NCBI GenBank assembly: GCA_002189035.1
Contig: CM007991.1
Location: forward strand, 1,736,001 to 1,800,000
DNA: 64,000 nt
From: Utricularia gibba
Lineage: Eukaryota; Plantae; Magnoliophyta
Direction of reading: 5' to 3'
Made by a program: the position numbers and the translations under genes. Below the pieces are notes generated by a model that saw only the letters and a list, made by a program, of their open reading frames with translations, searched no databases and had not been told where the DNA came from. Position 1 is the first letter of the stretch, and the number at the start of each line of letters is the position of its first letter. This document shows, in pieces, positions 27,172 through 44,200 of the stretch.

Positions 27172-27861
27172 GGTAACTTTTCTGTGCTATTCCTGACACA
27201 AATGTCATTCTGAGGCTTATCTTTGTTGTCGTTGATGGAAACTTCGAGCCTTTTATCCGGTTCATTTTCTCATTTTGCTTTTCTCAGTTTCAGAGATCCC
27301 GTAAGAGGATTGTTACTACTCTTCAGCTTGAGAAGTCCCTCCGCTGTCGGGTATTTGCTGGCTCATACTCTGTGCTGAAGTTGCGCAGTGACTCGAATGT
27401 TAGCATCTTCCACCCTCTGTTAATACATTATTCTTTTCAAACCTGTTAGTAAACGACATGTACAGTAGCCATTGGAATAGGACTAGATTAACACTTGGAA
27501 GTCCAACAAGGATAACCGTTCTATGAAATAAAATAAATCATCATTGCCGGAGGAAGGTATCTGTTCCATTTGCCTTTTTTTTTTCTCAGATTTGAGAACC
27601 AACATATGTTTTGATTGCCTGTAGATCTTGTAATCTGATCAACAGAACCCCAAATCAGCATCAACAGGTACTATTTCTGAAATCAGTTGTTTTTAAAAAG
27701 ACCCCGAGCGAAAACACCCCCTTAATAAACACAGTTCAGTCATAAGCCACTGAGTTCTAACAAGATGGAACTTCAGGCTTGTTCAAAAGTTTCAATTTCT
27801 GAACAGCTTGACATCTACCATCTCCGTATGGTCAGTAGAAAAGCGGACAAGCGCATGAAAC

Positions 27862-28959
27862 TCATCTTCCATTTGCTTCAGAAGCAATGCCTCCGCATCC
27901 CATCTGCTCGAGAAACTTCATTAGGCGAAAATGCTTCGTCGACCATTGCTCTGCCAGTTTCTGTTCCTTAGACTCAGCTTCCCTCCTCAGACCCATCAAC
28001 TGTTCTCTGTACTCCGCTTCAATCCAATCTAATGCAGCTTTCTGCTCTTCCCTCAAGGCATTTATCTTAGCTTCTACTTCCTCCATCTTCTCTTTCCGTT
28101 TGGTTGCCTTCTCGGACTCCAACTGAAGCTCTACACGCTTCAGTCTCCATACAGCTTCTTTGCGATGAGCCGTCCATGCCCGATGCCCTTCCTCCAATTC
28201 CCTGCAGCACTCCACGATCTCCGAAATGAGAGGATTGTTGGGTATAGCCACAGGATTGACCACTCCAATGGAAGGAAGATTGCTGATCAGATTGTGAGAT
28301 GTACTGTCGGTTGCTGTATCTGCTTGCAGCCAAGGAATTGGAGGTGCTTGCGGGACAGTTATGGGGGAAAGACTCAGAGTCACAGACGGTGACGGTGGTC
28401 TAACACTGGCTGTGGCTGAACTAGAGCTGGAGCTGGCAAGCCACGGAGGAAGCACTGTAGGAGGCACCGGCTGATCGGAGTGGACAAATCCACCATTTGT
28501 AGCCGGCGTTGGCATTTGCATTCCGGCTACTGAGTTCCCCTGCTCCACAAGCTTCTCAGCAAAAGCTTGAAGAATGTGAGTGTACTTTCCCTCCTCGATA
28601 GGACCAATACTCTTGTTGCTCTCCTTCAACTCCCTCTGCTGCTTCTCCTGGAACACTTCCCACCACTTCCCCAGCCGCTTGGCCGTCCGTCCGGGGACTT
28701 CAGCCGCGATTTTCTTCCATTTGTTGCCGTGCTTGGCCTGCAGATGGATCACAAGACGCTGCTCTTCCTCAGTTAAAGACCCCTTCTTGATTCCAGGCTT
28801 GAGATAATTCTTCCACCGTTCTAAGCAGGACTTGGCATCACGGTTGAGGGTCACATTCATGCGCTGAGAAACCAAATTCCATTCTCTGGGTCCGTATCGC
28901 TTAACATACGCACGGAGCAATGCATCTTCTTCAGGGCGCCATCTTTGCCTTACCTTCAT
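27862..28959 (-). CDS. AS1: ASYMMETRIC LEAVES1 / PHANTASTICA / ROUGH SHEATH2 R2R3-MYB, intronless CDS, 365 aa
   Basis: [16 protein letters not shown]...[23 protein letters not shown]...[10 protein letters not shown], the SPSVTLSL motif, and C-terminal [13 protein letters not shown]...[12 protein letters not shown]-type coiled coil. Confidence 0.97.
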   Translation of the reverse strand: MKVRQRWRPEEDALLRAYVKRYGPREWNLVSQRMNVTLNRDAKSCLERWKNYLKPGIKKGSLTEEEQRLVIHLQAKHGNKWKKIAAEVPGRTAKRLGKWWEVFQEKQQRELKESNKSIGPIEEGKYTHILQAFAEKLVEQGNSVAGMQMPTPATNGGFVHSDQPVPPTVLPPWLASSSSSSATASVRPPSPSVTLSLSPITVPQAPPIPWLQADTATDSTSHNLISNLPSIGVVNPVAIPNNPLISEIVECCRELEEGHRAWTAHRKEAVWRLKRVELQLESEKATKRKEKMEEVEAKINALREEQKAALDWIEAEYREQLMGLRREAESKEQKLAEQWSTKHFRLMKFLEQMGCGGIASEANGR

Positions 28960-31001
28960 TTCCCTCCGCCCATCTCCTTGAGTTCCTCATACTCTGTACA
29001 AATCTACCAAACTAATCATGCGTTTCACTCCTGTAAACGAGCAATGGGTACAATTTCAGCAGAGGTTGGAGCAAGCCCTAGTACTAAAAAAATAGCTTAG
29101 TATTATACCACAGAGACAGCAACTGCAGCAACAGGAAACTAGAGTTTCAGCAGCGTGAGAGACAAGTTCACAGCTTCCCTGAAGTGAAAACCAAGAAATC
29201 AAAACATGGGTCTGCTTACAGTGGTACACCAAAAAGAAAAAGCGAACTCTGCAGCGCCCGTTTCCCAGATTCGAATCGACACATGGGGAAGAAGAAACAA
29301 AAGCGTGTAAAGAAAAACACAAGCTAAGATCTGATAAAAATGGAGACTTTAAAGAAGGGTTGTCTTCTCACTTCTTGTCAGCTCAGGCTCTCAGCTGAGC
29401 TCCATCTCTGGTATTCCGTATTGTGACGTAGAAAAGGGAATCTGATGACGCTGAATCACCCAGTCAGGCCTTAACGAAATTGGTCTCCTTTGAGATAAAA
29501 GTAACATTTTATGCATAAAGGCGCATAAACATCATCCCAGCAAAAGATGGCTTTTTTTCCCTTTACCTCGAAAAACAAGACGATGCGAGCTAGCTGTGAG
29601 AGCTCTACACAGGACAGGGTCAACCCCAGATTCTCATTCCATTTCCCCCCACTCCGGTGCTAACTCCCCGGCTCAATAATGACCATGTACCTCTATTATA
29701 ATGTAAATCTTTCTTTAAGACAGAGCTGTAGCATACACACTAATACTAGTCCTTGTGTAGGAGTCACAGTCAGGGCTCGTTTTGCCTCCATTTGAAGTGA
29801 CTATACTGCACTACTACAGGAGCCCAGAGGGTTGAGTGCTGCAATGGAATGGAGCAACATCTAATAACCATCCAATGCTTTGGTGTACCACCCCATCCAA
29901 GCAACAACACAGAGAACTGGAGTAGACGACACCACCCTAGCCAAATTACTCCACTGCCTCCCTACTGCCAAAAATTGTCAAAGTTACCTAGAGATAGACA
30001 GATAGCGGAGGTAGGGATACCCCCATTGAATTATGTCGGTTAGACAAGACAAGCCATTTCTCTAATAATTTTTACAATAATACTTGCTCTACTCCAGCGA
30101 CTTCACTCTCCCCTGTGTCAGTCACTCCACTTCCTAAGGTAAATGTGATGCGATTTGAGTGACCAACTTGGTGCACTGTTAGAATCAGTTGCATCTTGCC
30201 CAAATGGTTTACCGGATCTGCGGTAGCAAAGTTTTGTTTTTTTTTAAAAAAACGTTTTTAACATAAAAATAAAATAAACATTAAAAAATGCATCGGGGGC
30301 TGAGGCTGCAGTCCGGATTTCGCGGTATGTACAGACAGAGGGCAGCGGAAGCGACACGTCATCATCCACTGCCCTCTCCGCTCCCTCGGCGAATTTGCGT
30401 TTCTACCCCTTCCCGACAATAGGGCCCAACCGAATGCGCGGGGGCGACACAATAAGCGACGACTGTAGAAGATTCGGATTCCGGGAGTCCGGCGGCTCTA
30501 GGGCATCCGATCGAGGAATGAGGAAAAAACCTTAAAAAAAATTGTATTTTAAAGTTCATACCTCCTCCGTGCCCCATTCCCGCTTCCGGCCCCGGCGTTC
30601 CCGAATCGGGAGCGAGAGTCTCTAATCCGCTTCCAGACTTGAGAGATTGCAGAAGCACCTTCTCATTTTCCCCACTAAGATTTGAGTTTATTTTAAAATA
30701 CACCCTCCAAGAAACATTTTGAAAATTGGGTATTTATATATAATTTTTTTATTTAACTTTAATGAATTTGTTTAGAATTGGTACTCTAATAACAAAATGG
30801 TGGAAGCACAGGAGTCACGTCATACCGGTAGGCGGCGACCGGAGTGAAGGGAAATTGTGGACGGAGGCGTCGAGAAAAATGGGCGTTTGGGATATTTAAA
30901 TATGTCCTAATTTAAAATCTCAATATACGCTTGTTTCCTCCCTGCTTCTTGATTCGCATGTGATAGCTGGCTGCAAAATTTCTGGTTTTGGATTTCTGAA
31001 G

Positions 31002-35202
<4,201 letters not shown>

Positions 35203-35471
35203 GAGTACTCCCAACTGTCAAGCCCGTTTTTGTTGTGAAATTGCAGTTGGTAACCAACATCATAACTTGCGCTTTTCCTTTTCACAGAAGGGCAGATTGT
35301 GGTGTACTTGCAGAAGAGAAGGTGCAAGCAATAACGTTTCAGCAAATACAAATGGTTGCCAAACAAAATAAATAGTAGCAGTAATCATGATACTGAAGCT
35401 GCGGGCTGCACATTTTGTTTCTGCTTCTGCATTAACCACTTCAGCTTCGAGCCTTTTTTGCTTTTTATGCA

Positions 35472-36649
35472 TTAAACCCTGAAGTTTCTACCAACAAAGG
35501 TTTGGCCAAATTGCCAACTCGCCGGAGCGACGCCCATCGACGTGGTGGTGCGCCGGTCGCTGGCGGTCAGTCGGAAGGACAAGCCTTGGCCGACGAGGAC
35601 GAGAGTGGACTGCCAGTTTTGCCCCCAGTTACGGCTCATTGGTATCCAGTCCGTGTTGGTGCCCTTAATGCTCACCCGCACGATATCTCCTGCACCCGCG
35701 ACGTTGGTGATCAAAACTAAGTTGAAGTAACGGAAGCCGTTGATTGTGAATCTGATCCCGCCCTTCTTCATGCAAGGCACCCTACATACACACAATTATT
35801 GTGATGACCATATTGCCCTTGATGCTAGGGTTAGGGTGGGAATTTATGATGCCCCTAAAACAGCACCAACATAACAATAAATGCATGCTACCAAGGAAGG
35901 GGGTAGGGGCAAAGTTAGAATTATTATTCATGGGTGTCGGCCCCTCATTAAAATTTTCAGCTAGAAAAAAAAAAGAAAAAGCGGTACAGGTGAAATTTAA
36001 AACAGAAATTTGAAGCCAGCGTGGGAGTAACGATCTTGTTTGAAAAAAGTGGTGTTGTTTATTTATTTTATTTATTTATGAGAAGGGCGGCATACCGGCG
36101 GAAGTTGACGGCGACGATGCCGGCGCGGTACTGGGCGATCTTGAGAAACATGGGCATGGCGAGATCGAAGTGGGGGCGGGAGGATTGCACCAGCCGCCGT
36201 TGTCGTTGGGGAGAGCGTAGTTGGGGGGACAGAAATTGGTGGCGGTTACGAGAATCGAAGGCCTCCCGGGGTTGCACCACTTCCCCTCCTGCGACGCGTC
36301 GCAGGTGATCTCGAAGCAGGCGCCGCAACTCAGACCGTTGTTGAACAGCGCCGTGCTCAGCGCCGCGGTGTTCACGCCGTACCCTTGGCTGTACAGGTTC
36401 CCGTACCCGCAGGCTCCCCCTTCAAAAAATAAACACACACAGCCCGATGAGAGAAATAAAATGATCACCGAACATGAGAACAGAAACACCCCAAGGACAC
36501 CTACCCATTGTGCCGGAGGCATCGGCCCCGCCGTAGAAGGTTGCATGCGCGTTTTCCCATGAACCGCCGGTGTAGACGCCGGGGATTATAGCTCCGCACG
36601 ACGTCGTAACAGAGAGAAGAATGAAAAGGCAAACAAGCAACCTGAACAT
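35472..36649 (-). CDS. EXPA: Alpha-expansin (EXPA4-like subgroup), 3 exons (36649-36505, 36419-36096, 35781-35472). Apparent 1-nt frameshift at about 36178.
   Basis: Signal peptide, then [65 protein letters not shown][R][19 protein letters not shown], and C-terminal [14 protein letters not shown]. Confidence 0.93.
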
Positions 36650-37810
36650 TTTAGCAAAAACGGAACGTCGCCGTTCGGATACCCCTCGTTTTTTTTTCTA
36701 GCTCTCCGAAATGAAGACGGCCAGTGTCAGGGATCGGGGACGGCTATTTATCCATCCATCCATCCATGTGTTCGCGTGGTGGGGTCCACACACACACATA
36801 ATGATTCAATTTTCAATCGAACAAATGTTGTCCAAATTCCTTGTATTAACATAAACACTTCCAGATTTGAGGCCCTTGAACTCATCCACTAATAGAAACT
36901 GTTCCCAACAGATGCATCTAAGCATCAAGTGCTCATTGCAATCCATGTAGGGTGCAGTCCAAACTCCACCAACCATACAATCCAGCAGCGTATGTGGCTT
37001 CACCTCCACCCCAAGAGAGATCTCGTTTTCCCAGATGTATGTATGTAGGAGGATATGAAATGGATGAACGTGACATCCAGCTATGTTTCTATTTTGGTAT
37101 TGGTGTACGTATCTTTTATGTGGGGGCAGTTAGGGTTAGCGCAGCCCCCATGTGACATGCCCACCAGCAATCCCCTCCCGCATGTGACCTCCCACTCCCC
37201 GCCTCTTCATTTATTGGCCTTCTCCTCCTCCTTTTCCCCCCAACCCCTAGTTGCTTAAGTTCCCCGCTGCGCCTGTCTCAGAGCTTCATTTCCATTTCCA
37301 TGGAGGATGTTCCTCGCTGATGATGAACAATGCCTGCTCTCGTTGTTTACCCATTTCAGTTTTGTGTGTTTTTAAGAGGTTTTGAAAACAAATACGTGTT
37401 GGTGTCGGGGGCGCTTTCGGCGGGTGTTTTTCTTTTTCTTTTTCTTTTATTAGTGATAAAATGAGATGGATTATTGACAGGGATTTAGAAGAGGATGTTG
37501 GATAGGTCATATGCCCGCATGTGGAATGTCTCCAGTGATCGCTGACATTTTGTGATGACTTGCCATGTTCCCTAGCAACATGACGCACCTCTCTTAACCA
37601 AAATCCATTTCCAGATAATGAATTATAAGAAAAAAAAAGTACTTTTTTAGAATTATATTTAATAAAAGCGAATAAATATAATTATTGTGCATCTCTCTTG
37701 GGCTGTGGGCTTAGAACCGCGGCCCAATAACTGGTCCGAATAAGTTTTTTTAGTGAGTATATTTGGTGTTGTAATGTTGAAGGTCTCCACGTGGAGGGTG
37801 CTTACGTTAG

Positions 37811-39213
37811 TCAAGTCTGACAACCAGCGCTGACAAACTGTTGAAGATTTCTGTAAGAGCTTCCGTTTTTCTGGGCGACTGCTTCTCTTGCCAAAACCAT
37901 CCATTTCCGAGCATTGCGCCTCAGTTCTCTGCTGGTTTCCCCTCCATCCATAGCCTGTTGGATGCATCTGGTGATCTCCTCTTCCTCAACAACTCCCTTG
38001 TTGCTTGCGTTCACTCTGACTCCCACCTTCCACACATCTTCAATCATCTTCGCGTTCGTTCCCTGGTCAGTCCAATGTGGAAACGCCACCATTGGGACGC
38101 CGCAGGACAGGCTCTCGAGTGTCGAACTCCATCCGCAGTGTGACACAAAGCACCCCAGAGAAGGGTGCCTCAGAACTTCCAGCTGCTTGCACCAGGGAAC
38201 GATTTTTCCAAGCCTTTGAAGCTCCTGCAACATCAGCTTATCTTCCTCTGTGCTGCTACTTTCATTTTCCTTCGGATTGCGGTCTGTACCGCGAATAACC
38301 CACAGAAATGGTCTTTGCGCTCCCAACAATCCCTTCCCAATCTTCAGTATCTGCTCCTTTGGAGGAGCCAAGATGCTTCCGAAGGATACGTATACTACAG
38401 AGCACTCTGGCTTTGAGCTCATCCATTGGATGTAATCATCGTTCGATTCCTCGAAGCTGGAGCCTTTTCCATCCAAGATGGAGTAGGGGACCAATGGGCC
38501 AACTCCAATCAGTTCATATCTTCCGAAATTTCGGAGAATCTCCAGCTCCAATTCATCGAATGTGTTCACGAGAACTTTCGGATTCGTTTCCTTTTGGAGG
38601 CATTCGAATTGCTCCTTGAAAGTCTTAAGCATCGAGAATGGAAACAAAGAAGCAGTAGAAGGAAGCAAGAAAGAAGGGATATCCCTCTTGGAGAGTGAAT
38701 AGGAGTACCCTGGCAACTGAAGCTTCCAGTTTGGGTCCTCGCATTTGGATGATATCTCCTCTTGGAAGCCATTGAAGTAGTAATAGTAAATCCCCAAAAC
38801 TGAGGCAGGCTGGATCCATAGCAGCGCAACGGGAAGGTGGAGCTCACGGGCCAGTTCGCTGGCCCAGGGAAGCAGCATGCTATAAACCAGGCAAGTCACC
38901 GGCCGCTCCCCTGTTTCAGCTGCAGCAGCTATGATGTCTCTCAGAGCTCGCATGCCTCCATCCCTCAAACCCATTTCCAATGAGTTGATATCATCCTCCC
39001 CCACCTTGAATCCATCATCAAATCCATCGGAAAAGTACACGAAACTCGTTCCCTTCGCGACCTCCTTGCCGATTTTATCGCGGAGGGAGAGGCTAGTAGC
39101 AAAGGTGACTTGAACCCCATGGATGTGAGCCTGCGGGCGAAATGCAGAGACGGGTTGATGTGGCCTTGGGCTGGGAATGTAACCATCAGTACGTGACGCG
39201 ACTGCTCCTCCAT
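37811..39213 (-). CDS. UDP-glycosyltransferase, UGT75-type (group L), intronless. Apparent 1-nt frameshift at about 39115.
   Basis: N-terminus MEEQSRHVLMVTFPAQGHINPSLHFARRL in one frame continues as [G]VQVTFATS...FSDGFDDG in another. PSPG box: WCKQLEVLRHPSLGCFVSHCGWSSTLESLSCGVPMVAFPHWTDQ. Confidence 0.9.
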
Positions 39214-40143
39214 TACACAATCTCCACCTCCACCTCCAGTGTCTGTGTTGCTGCGGCAGTGGAGAAAGGTGCTCGTCTGTTTATACTACTCATCCCTCAA
39301 AGAGTCCTGTCCTGTGCTGTCATGGCGTTCGGAGCCAAACTCCCGGCGTACTTCGAAGTACAACACAATGACTACTTAGGCACCTCCGCTGCATACCCAA
39401 CAATGCAAGCCAAGCTCCAACTCTGTCTGCATCTCCGATCAGCCTAAGCTCATCAATGCGTTTCCACTATTTCAATGCGCAGCAAGCACCATGGTACAAG
39501 TTAAAATACATCGGCCTAACAACTTAATAACCCTAGTGATTCTTTGGGTTTTGGTGGTGGTGAGTTAAAAAAAAAAAGAGTTCAAGGGACAAAAATTAGA
39601 TCTACATATTTTAACAAATAACATTATATCTAGATTTAAAAGTTAAATAATCAAATATATAAAAAAGTATAAATCATAGTTATTTGATTGAAATTAATAT
39701 TTTTTAATATAATTTATATTATTTACGTAATTGATTTTCACATATACTCGTCTAACCCATGAGATACTTAATTAAGATTCCCTTTATACAACTAATCCAA
39801 TAAAAAAATATTTCATAACTGGGGAGGAGTTAGGGCTTCCTCCTAGAGTAGGTTGAAATCTTAAATTCCACGTGGAGTCATCTAATTAATTTGTGTTTTT
39901 TTTTATATGCTGTAAATTTGGAAGTGTTTTAGGGTTTTTACGCAATGGGGAATTGGGAAGTTGGTGATAAGTAAAAGGGCGGGCCCCATTACAATTTACG
40001 TTGAGTGGGTCCCGGGGGGCATGACTACGACTCTGCGCGTCTGTAACGTTCATTTCTCACTTACTGAATAAAAATTAAATAATAAATAAATATTGGCTTT
40101 ACCATTTTTCATTGGTTTCCTTGTTCTCACAACGACGGTTCCC

Positions 40144-40779
40144 ATGAGCGACGGCGACTACTGCGACCTCCATGACCGTGAAAAATCGCAGCGTCGCCTC
40201 CTCGTGGCGGTGCTGGGCTCCATCCTCTTCGTCCTCGGCCTCGTCATTCTTATAATTTGGCTAGTCCTCCGCCCCACCAAACCCGAGTTCATTCTCCGAG
40301 ACGCCGCCGTCTACGCCTTCAATTTCTCCTCCTCCGGCAACATCCTCACCACCACCCTCCAGATCACGCTCTCTTTCAGAAACCCCAACCACCGAGTCGG
40401 AATCTACTACGACAAGCTTCAGGCATTCGCCGCCTACCGCGACCAGGAAATTACTCTCCCGGCGGTGCTCCAGCCGGTGTACATCCGGAAAAAACACGTC
40501 GCGGTTTGGTCTCTGTTCCTCACCGGACAAAATGTGGCGCTGGAGCCGTACATCGGATTCTCCTTAACCCAGGACCGGAACGCGGGGACGGTGATGGCGA
40601 ATGTGAAGGCGGAGGGGCGAATCAGATGGAAAGTGGGGCATTTTCTCTCCGGGCTATACCCGATTCACGTCAACTGTCCGGCCTACATCGACTTCGACGG
40701 AAGAAGCGGCAAGGCCGCCGCGATTCGGCCGGAGCCGGTGAAGTATCAGCTGTTCATGGACTGCCGCGTTCGTTTATGA
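40144..40779 (+). CDS. NDR1/HIN1-like (LEA_2 domain) protein, intronless
   Basis: Hydrophobic TM segment (LLVAVLGSILFVLGLVILIIWLVLRPTKPEF), then RNPNHRVGIYYDKL, GRIRWKVG and HVNCPA. The ATG at 40144 is preferred over the upstream TTG start in the ORF track. Confidence 0.9.
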   Translation: MSDGDYCDLHDREKSQRRLLVAVLGSILFVLGLVILIIWLVLRPTKPEFILRDAAVYAFNFSSSGNILTTTLQITLSFRNPNHRVGIYYDKLQAFAAYRDQEITLPAVLQPVYIRKKHVAVWSLFLTGQNVALEPYIGFSLTQDRNAGTVMANVKAEGRIRWKVGHFLSGLYPIHVNCPAYIDFDGRSGKAAAIRPEPVKYQLFMDCRVRL

Positions 40780-41245
40780 AATATCTATCACTAATCCCCC
40801 CTGTAAGCATCATCGTTATTCCCACGCATCATCATCCATGTTGCCGACGGGGACTCTAATGTTTTGTCATAAAATCTGCTCTTTTAATTTTCAAAACCGA
40901 GGACAAAAAGATGCGTGTCGTGTAGGTCCCACCCGTCACGTGACATTTTACAGGATCACGTTCTGTGTCAGATGGCCCATCATAACTTCTCATGGCCCAA
41001 GACCAGGTAGGCCCACTTCCGGAGAATCCTCTATTAATGAATCACTTGACCGTTGTGGAAGCCTGGAATTTTTTATTTTTATTTATTATATATATATATA
41101 AAAAAAGACCAATAGGAACGGGAATCACTGATAAATGAGTTACTGCTACAAGCACAAACTGATCCGGATCCTCGCTTATTTGGCTGTGTTTTCCACAGCC
41201 AATGTAGGTAGGTAAGCAGATATCTACACTCGCCAAGTCAAGAAT

Positions 41246-44200
41246 TCACCTTCCTGTTGCTGTTTCTGCAACTCCACAGTTAGAGTCTTGTTCCAAGAGG
41301 TGGACTAATGAGATAAAGACCTCCATCCTTGTGATGTCCCTGTTGGCCTGTTTGAACTCATTACTAGAGTGTTCAACGCATTTGCAGAGTTTCGTGTTGA
41401 GTCTGGTAAGAAGGGTTTTACCTCAACGACGAAATGTGCCCATATCTTGTCGCGGCAAGTCTCCATGACACCCTTGAGAATGGTTAGCCCCAGACCTCTT
41501 ATTACATCAGCTATCTCTAAGAACAACCCTCTTTCTTCACAAAGCATCTGTAGCAGAACACAGACCTGAGTTAACAATGAGGGGAAGTAGTAGCACTGCC
41601 ATGCCATTAAAGGTGACTCTAGTCAGAGTTTTTGGACAACCTCGACGCGCAGTTGGCGGGGTTGATGCAGATTCTCGACAACTATGGGGGGGACCATGGA
41701 TTGTGAGCCTACTTCGAATGCCCATGTAGCTCCTCCTTCAAAGTTGGTTCTGGAAAGCGAACTTCTTTCCTTGTTAATGCTCTGCAATTCAGGAAGTAAT
41801 AGGATAAGTAAACGTTTGACCGGTGGTAAATGATGATCAGATGATGATTTCGCACCTTAGACCCTCCTGATTGCTTTAGCTTGTTAGCATGCTTCATTAC
41901 ACTTTGTAAGAAGATCATATGTTTGATGGTTCGTTCCAGTAGCGCGTCAATGCTACACTGCAGTCAAAAGAAGGTTCATAAGCAAATATAGAGTGCTCAG
42001 AGAAGCATAGCATCAAGTTGAATCCATGTTACCCACCTTTGCTCCATTTGGCACTATTTCTCTTAGTTCCTTGACTCGATCTTGGATCATTTGACGGTCT
42101 TTGGGTCTTGGTCTTGGATTTTCCCCCGGTTTCAGCCTCTTGCGAGTGGTTCTGGCTGTTTCACAAGGCTTCTTTGAATGCCCTGTAGATGCACTGTTGC
42201 TCTGGGTTGCCTTCTGATTGTTTTCCAATAAAGAAATCAATTGCGATCCATACACAGAACTAATGCCATGAGAAAGCCCAGATGACTGACAATACGAGGG
42301 GGGAGGATTAGGTGCAAAGGAGCTACTCATATTTGTCAATGTTGTTTTGCAACTGCTGAGGTCCATGCTCGCCATTGAGGAGGTTCGAAGCTTTGAAACC
42401 GTGGATGGCATAGAGAGAATCCCATTGTCGGCGCTTTCTGTTTGAGCATTACTGGCATCCAGTGACGCCATGGCCTCCATATCAGACATGGGTTCATTTT
42501 CCAGAGAGCTGCTCCAGCAGCCACTGAGCAACTTATTCTTGAAATCAGCCCCCAAAGCATCGAAAAGATCATCACTGCATCCAAGTTGAGCAAATGATTC
42601 TTCAACCAACATTTCTAACTGGGAGGAATACAAACCACTTGGTGAAAGTCTTTCCCCCATGTGATCAAGCGTAGCACTAGAGCCATTAGACTGAAACGAA
42701 TTCACTGTAGGTTGGACAACATTCACTGAGTTGCAAGTCTGCATTTCAGGAATGCTTTGAGGTTCGTTCCCAACAGGAGCTCTGGCATGGCTGGAATCCA
42801 TCGTAAAATTGGAAGAAATGATCCCTGATCTGCTTGGGCCGCATGCAAATACGTCATGTACGTCTGCAGCTAACTTTCCGAAAGTGTCATCAACTGAAGA
42901 TAAATCTAGAGCTGGACATGAGGTAGGCTGTTCCATCCAAACTTCTGAACTGCCTATTATAATGTTTGAGGAAGAACCCTCCAGCTTAACTTCAGGTGCA
43001 ATTTTAGGATACTCCTGGCCTCTCAAAAATAGAGTATCAGTCAGCAACTCATTCTGGATTTCAACAGACAGCGATTGACATAGAATGGGAGACTGCTGCG
43101 AGTATGGAAAGGATCCAGACACAGCCACATCTCCATGGCAAACTGAACTCTGAAGCCTTGGAGCCTGCACTTTTCTTGCACAGTTGTCTGAAGGAAGGGT
43201 ACTAGATATGCATCCAAGGTGCAGTATCAGTGTAGCCACATCCTTCACAAACTCAACATTCTCTGGGATCTAGAAACATGAAAACGTTAAATTGTCACAA
43301 TCACAAACTCCAGAGGTTTCATATGAATATAAACACGTGGCAACAAACATACTGTTGAGAATGATCCAAACTGAATGACTCCATGTGGAAGCACAGGAAT
43401 GACTGCAACTGTCTGTGCAAGGGTTAAAACAGAGCAGATTTCAGCTGTAAGGAATCATGGTTTGGATTAAGTAAATGTAAATGAAAATTAACAGGTCGTG
43501 TACCTGCATTCCACCTAGAAACTGCTGAAATACCTCGCTCTGAACCTGAAGCACCACAAAAAGACGATAGGGGATGAAGACCCACCTGATAAGCAGCTCA
43601 AAAGCCTATGTAGCATATCTCAACGATATATGTACCTCAGGATGATGATTTTGTTCATAAAAATCGTCGTAAAGGATCCATTGGTAGTCCCCAGTGAATG
43701 CAGCTCTTCCAACTAATCTGAGAAAACCAGAGAGTGGTTTAAGAATGTTTCAATCTCAAGAAGAAAAAGGCAAGTGTATCGTTCTTGGCTTACCCATCTC
43801 CAAGAACAATGACGTGCTTGTTGAGCATCATCTTGTTTACAAGAAAATGCAAACTCCCACAATCCTGAGACTCATGAGTCACGTTTTCAAGAGTAGGATT
43901 TCCAGAGAAATCCAAGAATCTTGAGTCTGATGGAGGTTCATGGTAGCATTCTTCCCATACTAGAAGCCTAGAAAGTCAAAGGGTGCCGTCAATATGATAG
44001 TTGGAATATTTAGAATGTGAAGACGAAAGCGAATGAAAGATCATAGAACCAAAATGAAACAGCAAAGGGAAAAAAACACGTAGATTCACCAGGAAAAGGG
44101 CAGAAGGTTTTATCTTCCTACAAGAAAAAACATAAAGACTATTTCTTCAATGCAACAAGATTCTCTTCGCAGGGATCAATTAAATTCACCACCCAGGTAA

